Part shown: positions 54,222 to 64,000 of the stretch, piece by piece | Layout of the letters: each line of letters starts with the position of its first letter | Position numbering within the stretch: the stretch's first letter is position 1 | From: Octopus vulgaris | Taxonomy: Eukaryota | DNA length: 64,000 nt | Direction: 5' to 3' | Assembly: GCA_951406725.2 (NCBI GenBank) | Contig: OX597819.1 | Span: 103,726,001 to 103,790,000 of the forward strand | The notes under the pieces: model-generated | Databases searched by the model: none | Seen by the model: the letters and a program-made list of their open reading frames with translations, nothing else | What the model was told of the DNA's origin: nothing | Made by a program: the position numbers and the translations under genes

Positions 54222-54762
54222 GGTGTCTGCGGATTCACAGAGGGCATTTCCAATTACATATTATGAATTTATTCTTGAAATAAGGCAAATCACCAAGTCA
54301 TTTGCCCCCGGCAACATATATTCTTTTCTTTCTTTACGCAATGTCTGCAATTGCTAGAGGTTTAGGTCTGTTTATGCTTCATTTCGACAATTCAAAAGAA
54401 CGTCACTTTGCTGTTTCGTCAATGCTCCTGCATTTTGCGATGCAGAAGAGGACGTGTAATGTCGTGGAATTTCTTTTACTGATGTACCTGCAGGATAATC
54501 AGTGGCTCTAATTTCTTTCTGAACTTCTTTCTGGACATCCTTAGGTAAATGGTTGCAAGATTTGGGTATGGTTGTAAGGATTTCACTTCCATCACTGTCG
54601 ACATTGTTTTGTGTTGTCTGCATTTCTGCAGGAACGTTTCGGATCGTCTTGTTTACTTGAGGACTCTTCGTTAAAATTTCTAGGGTTAAAATTTCATCAC
54701 CCCGAGAGGGCCAATACCGCCCACTTCGGGATCCACTGCGTTATAGCCTTAATTTAAACTTT

Positions 54763-54847
<85 letters not shown>

Positions 54848-54999
54848 GTGTAGTGGTGGTGGTGTTGGTGGTGGTGAAGCGCAAATAGCAGTTTAGAAAC
54901 GGGGGTCATCATTTTTATATGTGTCGCTTGCGGTAGTAAGTGGATAATGATTTACCGCAATGATGCATGGGGACGGGGTGAAGGCAGCGGAACCAGTAC

Positions 55000-55029
55000 G
55001 AAGAAGAAGAAGAAGAAGAAGAAGAAGAA

Positions 55030-55060
<31 letters not shown>

Positions 55061-55195
55061 GAGGAGGAGAAGAAGAAGAAGAAGAAGAAAGAGGAGGAGG
55101 AGGAGGAGGAGAAGAAGAAGAAGAAGAAGAAGAAGAAGAAGAAGAAGAAGAAGAAGAAGAAGAAGAAGAAGAAGAAGAAGAAGAAGAAGGAGAAG
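55000..55195. repeat. (GAA)/(GAG)n microsatellite
   Basis: Direct reading; the source of the poly-K, poly-R and poly-S ORFs. Confidence 0.95.
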
Positions 55196-55552
55196 CGCCG
55201 GACGGGGAAGACGACGAGGAGTTAGTTATAATCATGTAAATAAGCCGTGGTGATCTAATCTAAAATGAATTGCAGTTTAGGTGTTAGGGGCGAGTGTGCA
55301 TATACGTATGTATGAGTATTTATGTCTGTTTGTGTATCTGTGCATATGTGCATGTGTGTGTGTATGTTTGTGTGTGTTTGTGTGTATGTATGTGTGTATG
55401 TGTGTATGTGTGTGTGTGTATGTGTGTTTGTGTGTGTATGTGTGTGTGTGTGTGTTTAGTGATAGGTCAAATGAGTGACTATATGATGTAGTGTTAATTA
55501 TCTAGGTGATAGTTTCAGTCTGAAAAATTGGTGATTTCTGATGGCGATGGAG

Positions 55553-55783
<231 letters not shown>

Positions 55784-56444
55784 TGTATGTATATGGTGTT
55801 GGTGACAGTTATATGATGTCCAGTATTGGTGATGGCTAGAACGAGTGAGGCAGAGAGAGAGAGGGGAGGGGGAGTGAGAGATAAAGAGAAACAGAGACGT
55901 GTGTAAATTCTTGAAACTAGTGGAGGCGATAGGTAATGACAATGGTGTGTGCAGCAAAATTACAGCCAGGATGTGCTAAGTCAGTAATGGTATTTCAACA
56001 GTTGGCACCAGTATGATTTAACTGCATCTCACATGCAAAACAACAATTGCATCTACTCAAGGTGATTCGGTTTCTAATTTCACCGTTGCACACTGTACAT
56101 AGTTAATACCGTTATGAATGTCCGTTATTCTAACTTTTAGTGTTCCTCTTGTGTGTGATTAGGAGGGTGAAAAATCGTTGAGGAAGGAGCGGTGGTAGTG
56201 GTGGTGGTGGTGGTCGTCGTCGTGGTGGTCGTCGTGTTGGTAGGGAAGGCGATGATGGAATCATTGCCTGTGATGATGGTGATGGCGATGGTGAAGAATA
56301 TAGCAGGAGGGCAGTACTGCTGGTGGTGATGGTAGTGATGGTGGTAGTTTCGGGAACGGTGGTAGTGTTGGTAGCCATGGCAATCATACCAACTATTACT
56401 ACTGCTGCTGCTGTTCCTGTCAGTAGTAGTAGTAGTAGTAGTAA

Positions 56445-56535
<91 letters not shown>

Positions 56536-57021
56536 TTTTTGTTGTAGTAGTGCTGATGGCTCCGTTCTTTTCGATACTTAGCCCCAGGTTACCCTTGGCT
56601 AACAGACAAAACATTAAATGCGCCATCATTATTACTTGTAAAGACACTCCCATATGTTTATGTACACCCATACACACACACACACATACACACATACGCA
56701 CGCGCGCACGTACGCACATATAGGAGCAGTACAGTGTACCACTTTGCAAACGTGGTCAGTGATCTAAATCTCGCTGCGTTTCCACTTAGGCAAACACAAT
56801 ATTCTACATTCTTGGATCTAATCGTACTTTCTAAGTCACCTTTGGTAGACAGAAACTTCTCAGTTGTTCTGTAAACTGTAATTCAATAACACATACTGTG
56901 TTATGGTCGTTCAACCTAAGAATTTCGCCAAATGTACACGTGTTTGTGGAATACTCAACCACTTAACTGATCAGTTCTATGTATATATGTATGTGTGTAC
57001 GAATGTATGTATGCATGTATG

Positions 57022-57480
57022 TCAGTTCACTTTCGAGTGCTACTGGTAACATGTAACCCAGCACAACCTGCTGCATGGTCGGGTCGTCGGCGACTAAACC
57101 GGCAACCCCACCAAGCTTGCTTGGTGAGGAGGGTGTTTATTGGACACCCTGCGGGATGAAAAACAAAACCCGTCAAAGGGCAGGGAAACTCTTAAGAGTC
57201 AACGGCCATCCATTAAATGTCTTAAGGCTTTATCATACGCGGGGACATAGAAATAATCGGACTGAATATCCGATCGCGCAGTTAAACCATTGGAAGTGAA
57301 GGACTCCTAGCCTTTGTTATGGCATTCTTCCAGGAGAAGGTAACTCAGGTAAATGGCATAACTCCGACATAAAACCTGCGGCTCAGTGGTTACCGATGAT
57401 GATGACTTGTTCTTCTTTTCGGATTATGGCTGCTGTTGCTGAGTGAGTGGGATTGACTCAGTGCACAGCCTTTCCTCACC
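57022..57480 (+). mobile_element. GC-richer insert in (TATG)n, possibly a retroelement 5' region (RTE-like)
   Basis: Sharp boundaries inside an atgcatgtatgt microsatellite; small hairpins (caccaagcttgcttggtg, agggtgt..acaccct); no ORF motif. Confidence 0.35.
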
Positions 57481-57770
57481 ATGCATGTATGTATGTATAC
57501 ATCAACTGCTATTCGTGTAGAAAAGAAACAAGCTTAGTGGTACGTAGTAAAGGATATTCAATCCATGCCGGCTTCTCTGGTTAAGAAATGCAAAGATATT
57601 TATGTGTGTGCGCGCGTGTGTGTGCATTATATATATTTTATATATATTTTATCGGACGAATGTAAGTTCGTCCTCCAATAGGAATTTTTCACTAAGATTT
57701 CTAATGTCTTTTTTTCGTACTTTACTTTCGAATTTTCTTATATAAATTCGTATAAGTATGAAAGCTTGTG

Positions 57771-58321
57771 TTGAAATAATAAGTATATGATTTAACTTAT
57801 TAAACAAAGTTCAACAAATTCATTCATAATTATGTAATGGAGGAGATTGGGTGTAAAAATGGATTATAGTTTTTATTTTTCGTATTGCTATACAATTGTT
57901 TCATACAAATGCACTTAGATATTCATAAATAGAATACTGTAATAGTCATACTTGTACTCCTCAGTAGTTAATAGAAAAACAAACGAAAAGACGTATAAAA
58001 TACATAGGTTTTTTTCCATACTTATTATTTTGGGATTTGTATATTCGTCCTTCCAGGTGTGTTTATTTGAATCTAGACTAGATTTAAATAGGCGCGACTA
58101 GAAGAAATAATATACAAATTAACTACTGAGTAGTACAAGAATGACTATTGCAGTGTTCTATTCATGAATATCTGAGTCCATTTGTATGAAACAATTGTAT
58201 AGCAATATGAAAGATAAAAACCTATAATCCATCTTATTATCCACTCTCCTTCATTACATAAATATGAATGAATTTGTTAAACTTTTGTTTAATAAGTTAA
58301 GTCATATATTGATTATTTCAA
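57771..58321. mobile_element. AT-rich fold-back element / MITE with ~200-bp arms
   Basis: 57771-57972 is the imperfect reverse complement of 58118-58321 (e.g. attgctatacaattgtttcatacaaatg / catttgtatgaaacaattgtatagcaat). Confidence 0.85.
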
Positions 58322-58392
58322 TATATATGTGTGTGCAATATATATGTGTGTGGCCGCAGCTCTGAGCTGAAACTAGAAAAAAAAAATATATA

Positions 58393-58428
<36 letters not shown>

Positions 58429-58472
58429 TGTATGTATGTATGTATTATGTACACACATATATATATATATAT

Positions 58473-58630
58473 AGTGAGAATTTATAAAAAAACAAAAGAC
58501 GAAGACGAGTGTGTAAACAACAAACTGATGTAATAGTTTAACGCTCGGGAAGTGAGAAAGTCTTTTACGTTTCGAGCCTACGCTCTTCGACAGAAAGGAA
58601 CACAAAAATAAACAGAGAGAGAAAATAGAT
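58473..58630 (-). mobile_element. Hammerhead-bearing short repeat family H1, copy d
   Basis: Homologous to copies a-c; inserted in TA repeats. Confidence 0.8.
58562..58597 (-). ncRNA. Minimal hammerhead-like motif with variant core (CUGUCGA)
   Basis: CUUU-CUGUCGA-a-GAGC-guag-GCUC-GAA-AC-GU-A|AAAG. Confidence 0.6.
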
Positions 58631-59134
58631 CATATATATATATAACTGCCTGTGTGTATACACTGTTTATAGTGATATATGAATAAAGTAAGGCAACCAC
58701 AATTAGGAAGAACAACTGCAACCGTGGAATAGAAGGTACCTTAATACATGTATACCATAGAATACATGCGTTAATGTACCGAGGAAATTTCATTATATGA
58801 CATATGTACCGGCGCGTTTCTTTATAACTTACACCATAGTTTGTAGTTTATGTCTCAGTTTATGCAATATAACAGAAATATCCAATATAAAACAGTTTCT
58901 AGTTTTGTTTTTAAATAATTTTGAGGAGTATAATTCTTAGATCCAACATGTTGGTGTCAGAATTCCTAAGTACAACATATTTCCGTTGTAACAGGAAGGT
59001 AGAAAACGTGGATTTCGTGACTCCAAGGAAGTAAATATGGCTGACGTAATGCATAGATATAACATGTCGGCGTCGCAAATCACAAATAGATGTGGGAGGA
59101 TTAAAGCCTATTTCAAGATATACTATTTTAGCCT

Positions 59135-59470
59135 GCCGTAACTCTTAGATAATACGTGTGAGGGTTGTAATTTCTGTATATATGTCGGTGTTTTAACTCC
59201 CAGATACATCATGTGAATATCATAATCTTAGCTTGTACCACACCATTATTGGAACATGTAGATGCTATACGTGAGTGTTGTAACTCTTAGTTACATATGG
59301 ATGTCAAGCGAAGCACTATGTAATAGGTCGATCTTTTAGAAATAGTAGTTAAATTCCAATTGAAACAGATGTATCACGCGAATGTCTTTATTCTTAGATA
59401 CACCATGTGCGAGTTGTAACTACTACATGGAACACGTGACTATTGTAACTCATCGATATAATATGTGAAT
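59135..59470. repeat. Ancient degenerate ~30-bp tandem repeat
   Basis: Recurrent gtg..gttgtaactcttagatac..catgtg-like units. Confidence 0.5.
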
Positions 59471-59574
59471 CTCAAAGAACCATAACGTAAAGCTAAATCC
59501 TATTTAAAACTGGTGTAACTACATTTTAGCACATCGAATGACAATACGGAGCGCCCTCATTACATTGTGCATAT

Positions 59575-60192
59575 CAGTGGTTCTCAACCAATTTTTGCCT
59601 ATGGACTCCTTTGATTTTTATTGTATGCTACTGAACCGCCATAGTCACTTGTATATATCTAAAAAAAAATCTTACTGAGTGGCTGTGTGGTTAGTAGCTT
59701 GCTTACCAACCACATGGTTCCGGGTTCATTCCCATTGCGTAGCATCTTGGGGAAGTGTCTTCTACTATAGCCTCGGGCCGGCCAAAGCCTTGTGAGTGGA
59801 TTTGGTAGACGGAAACTGAAAGACGCTTGTCGTATATATGTATATATATGTGTGTGTGTGTGTATGTGTGTGTGTGTCTGTGTTTGTGTGTGTGTGCGTG
59901 TGTGTATATGTTTGTGTGTCTGTGTTTGTCCCCCCAAACATCGCTTGGCAACCGATGCTGGTGTGTTTACGTCCCCGTAACTTAGCGGTTCGGCAAAAGA
60001 GACTGATAGAATAAGTACTAGGCTTACAAAGAATAAGTCCTGGGGTCGATTTGCTCGACTAAAGGCGGTGCTCCAGCATGGCCGCAGTCAAATGACTGAA
60101 ACAAAAGACGAAAAAGAGAGTTAAATATTAAGAAGAATTGTACTGTGGAGGTAATAACAAAATCTTTTATGTGCCCCAATCGAAAACCCCTG
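59575..60192. mobile_element. hAT-type MITE carrying a nested SINE
   Basis: Left end CAGTGGTTCTCAAC, decayed right end atcgaaaacccCTG; 8-bp flanks gtgcatat / gtgtatat (7 of 8 match). Confidence 0.65.
59677..60108 (+). mobile_element. tRNA-derived SINE family B, near full length
   Basis: gagtggctgtgtggttagtagcttgc...ggttcattccc (A/B boxes), central (TG)n, 3' ...ccagcatggccgcagtcaaatgactgaaacaaaa. Confidence 0.88.
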
Positions 60193-60333
60193 GTGTATAT
60201 CATGTATCATGTTGCAAATTGCTGTTGTTGTTTAACTTTTAGATATAATCCAACACATTTACGATCATAGAAGCTAAACTGTACTGTTGGTCTTAGTGAC
60301 AAAATGAAAATGTGATTATTGGTGGGTGTTTTC

Positions 60334-60379
<46 letters not shown>

Positions 60380-60380
<1 letters not shown>

Positions 60381-60685
60381 TCAGAGCTATGCCATCGGGA
60401 ACTTCGGTTCCTAGTAGGGCCACCCAAGTCGGATTGGTTTGACAGCGAGTGGTATTAGGACCACAACCCGGTAGACGGGGCTCTGGTGAAAATCCTCGGA
60501 GTGTCTGTTTCGGCAACCGGCGGCTCCACGGTCGTTCTGTCCCTGCGTCTGCGAATAATCTGCGGCAAACAGGATGTCTCTACATGCGGGATTGTTGGGG
60601 ACCGCTTGTAAAATCCACATATTCCCACGTAACTTCTTCCAAGGAAGAAGCCGACTCAACCCGCTCAGGGTGAATGTCGCCACAA
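60380..60685 (+). mobile_element. Probable RTE-like LINE 5' UTR fragment
   Basis: gagctatgccatcgggaac...tcctagtagggccacccaagtcgga resembles RTE 5' leader sequence (recollection); GC-rich island after (AGT)n. Confidence 0.4.
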
Positions 60686-61061
60686 GTACAAGTAAGTAGT
60701 AATACAGATAGTGGTAATAGCAGAACTAGTGGTAATTGTTGGGTAGTTTTAGGCTAGCATTTGGGTTGCTGTGTTGGCTGTGGAGCAGTGGTAGTAGTGA
60801 TCGTAATACTAGCTTTATAGTATGCTCATAGTAGTGACTGTGATACAGTGGTGGTAGTGGTAGTGGTTGTGACAGTGACAGAGGTAGCGGTAGCGGTCAG
60901 TATTGACGACGACAACGACGACGATGATGATGATGATAGTGATGGTGATGATGATGATGAGGATGAAGACGCTGATGTTGATGGTAGTGTCTAGTGCAAC
61001 GAGAAAGCTAACACTAACGACATCACTTTAAATGACGTATATAATGTTGATAGAGTCGTTG

Positions 61062-61093
<32 letters not shown>

Positions 61094-62271
61094 GGTGGTG
61101 GTGGTGGTGGTGGTGGTGGTGGTGGTGGTGGCGGTGGCGGTGGTACCAGCGCGGGCAGCAGTGGTGCTGGTGCTGGTGACAGTGGTTGTGGTGACAGTAG
61201 TTGTGGTGACAGTGGTTGCGGTGATAATGATTGTGTTACGGTGCTGCTCTTTTCGTTATTTAACTCCAGGTCAGTTGTGAATTTACAAGCCTATGATCAA
61301 AAGTCGTCACTCCTATCGCGAGCATTCCATCTGTTATGCAGTATATACAGAGTATTGTATCTGAGATCATTATTATCCAATGTGCCCTTTTCACTTCTTA
61401 GAGAATAATATTTTACTGTTGTTTCTAGCCGGCCGCCAGACCACTTTGGGACCTACTCTTTCGGCCCAGATGTTTATGGTGATGTGGAAAAGCTCAGTTG
61501 TTAAATTACAGAAGCAGCGGAGGTGTGCCGCTTCCAGGTGTGTGTGTGTGTAAAGATCGCAACATGGCCGATGAAGTAGAAATAGGCTTTGCAATAAAAA
61601 TCGCAGATATACATCAAATTCCCGCTGCCATGATATTGTTCCTACTCGGCCATTTTGTTGCTACAGTATCACATAAATCTAATAGTTGCACACCCCATGG
61701 CCATTTCTTCATTGTTTATGTGAATGTGAGCATATATCTCTGCTATGTCACGACTTTTGATGGCCGCTGCACTGGTAAATATTTGCAAATGGTCGTATAA
61801 ATGGCGGGGAATATGTTCTGTTTCTATGTGGGAGTCACTATTTGAGTTGTTGATGTGTGCTCTTCCATGTTTATGTATGAAATTCTGTATGTATGTATGA
61901 ATGTATGTATGTATGTATGTATGTATGTATGTATGTATGTATGTATGTATGTATCTATCTATCTATCTTTCTCTGTACGTAAGTATGCATGTTTATCAAT
62001 GTATATATGTACGCATGTATGCATGTACGTATGTAAGTATGCATGTCTGTATGTATGCATTTACGTATTATGTAAGCATGTATGTGCATACGAATACATG
62101 TATGTGCGTAACTGTGTACAAGAGGGAAGGTTTGTACACAAGTGTGCACGTATGTATGCGTGTCTGTATGTAAGTACGTATAGATGTTTATTTGCATGTG
62201 CACATGTATATATGATACCTTGTGTGAGTGTATCAATGTATACTTGTGTTTGTGTTTGTATGTATATAATA

Positions 62272-62656
62272 CTAGCAGTATCGCCCGGCGTTGCTCAGGT
62301 TTGTAAGGGAAATAACTATAAAGCATTTTTAGAGAGTTATAGCCAAAAAACAGCAAAAAAATGGGAAAAAAATGATGGTAAATTTTTTTTTGATAGTTAA
62401 AAAAGGTGGAGTTGCGTCCCCTACACAGTTTGTGGTTTGTGTTCCTGATTCTCGACCCCATGTCGAATTTATTGATTTTTTCAGAACTGGGGGAACTTTT
62501 CAAAATTTTCGCTGCGTTAGTTTTGAATTATGACATTGGGCTATGTGTGTGTCAAGTTTCATCAGAATCGGTTGAAAGCCGTGGTCAGGGTGAGGGTACA
62601 AGCAAACAGACACACAGAAACACGCACAGACAAACTGCCGTTTATATATAGAGAGA
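62272..62656 (-). mobile_element. Non-autonomous Helitron, copy 3 (different 5' half)
   Basis: A|CTAGcagtatcgcccggcgttgctc end shared with copies 1-2 for ~120 bp, then unrelated sequence ending tatatatagagaGA|T. Confidence 0.8.
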
Positions 62657-62702
62657 TTATTTCAATATGTATATCTTGTCGCGTAAGTGTATCTATATCT
62701 AT

Positions 62703-62928
62703 TTCTATTTCTTTACTACCCACAAGGGGCTAAACACAGAGAGGACAAACAAGGACAGACAAACGGATTAAGTCGATTATATCGACCCCAGTGAGTAACT
62801 GGTACTTAATTTATCGACCCTGAAAGGATGAAAGGCAAAGTCAACCTCGGTGGAATTTGAACTCAGAACGTAGCGGCAGACGAAATACGGCTACGCATTT
62901 CGCCCGGCATGCTAACGTTTCTGCCAGC
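62703..62928 (-). mobile_element. SINE family A, near full length
   Basis: Reverse complement of 14539-14752 with few differences. Confidence 0.88.
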
Positions 62929-64000
62929 GTAAGTCGGTATATATATGTGTGTTTGAAATCGTAGCTTTCTTATGTATGCATAATATCATGAGTTCATAAG
63001 TTACGTATATCCTTCTATATAAACATAGTTAGAATACATCTATGTATGTGTATATATGTGGTTACGGAAAGGCACTCTCGCATGTATATTCGTACATGCA
63101 TTTGAGTATATATACTCACCTGTATATATTGCTACAAATTTGTGTTTGTTATCCTATATGTTTCAGGAGCAACCCTTATGAATATATGTGTATGTATACA
63201 GTATATACATTTCTTTATCTTAGTCCCTGCGTTTTTTTTTATGTATTTAGTATTGTTTAATACCCCGTTTTAGTGGATTTCGTCACTGAACTTTGGTCAT
63301 ACTGAAACTAAACATTCAAATATGTTTAGTTAATTTCATCGACCATAGAAGTAATTTCTGATTTTGAAGAAACCTGAAGAACGTAAACATCCCTTCGCTC
63401 TTGTACTCTTTACTTACGCATACCGAGGATGTACACTAAATGCCTGGAGTAGTTGCCGCAAGTTCGCACCTACTATCTCCTACTTAGGTAAAGAATGTTC
63501 TGTCCAAACTTGTATTTAATAGGGAGATACTTCAAGGCATATAGAAGTCAACTTCCTCAGAAATAAATGGATCTGCGAAAGAATTTACTAAGAAGCTGTT
63601 TGTAGAGCACTTGCAATTATATGAATGTGCTTTGTCCCTATAGTGTAATCAGATGTATGAAACAAGGTATGTGGAACACATGTGCAAGCTCACTAATCCG
63701 TGAAATGCTGTTGAGCGTATGCTATCAAAAGTAAAACAAATTTATCTGCTAACTTTGTTAGTTAGGGACGAGAGAGGTAAGTATTTGCTGGTGCTGGTAT
63801 TGTTGATAAGGCTTACGTCAGCCATGTTTGACCAGACATCTGCTCAAAGATGTTTCGCTTGTAAAATGTCCAGAGTCATATTATGCAATGTGTATTTCTT
63901 ATTCTGCAACGATAGGACGTGATTTGAGTGAGATTTTTCAGCTATTACTACTGGGACGAGCTAAGTTTCGGTGTCTCAATAGTTGGCTCGTGCACAGACA

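Overview
Eukaryotic, AT-rich, microsatellite-saturated non-coding DNA. The SINE families and repeat make-up point to a coleoid cephalopod, probably Octopus (my inference, not database-checked). I can support no host protein-coding exon: nearly all listed ORFs are translations of simple repeats. Recognisable content: a full-length but triple-nonsense Tc1 DD34E element with IR/DR ends (49869-51482); mariner, CR1/L2, Tx1-L1, R4/Dong and RTE remnants; three non-autonomous Helitrons; at least four tRNA-derived SINE families; and several MITEs and palindromes. Two signals stand out. (1) About ten minimal type I hammerhead-ribozyme motifs from about six distinct short non-coding repeat families, mostly inside (TA)n tracts and often in fold-back arrangements, as in Penelope-like pLTRs or retrozymes. 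One family has a non-canonical core, and one copy is joined to a tRNA-like Pol III head. (2) An 8.6-kb Merlin-like composite element (18093-26712) with 268-bp TIRs and a perfect 8-bp TSD that encloses several of these ribozyme elements.
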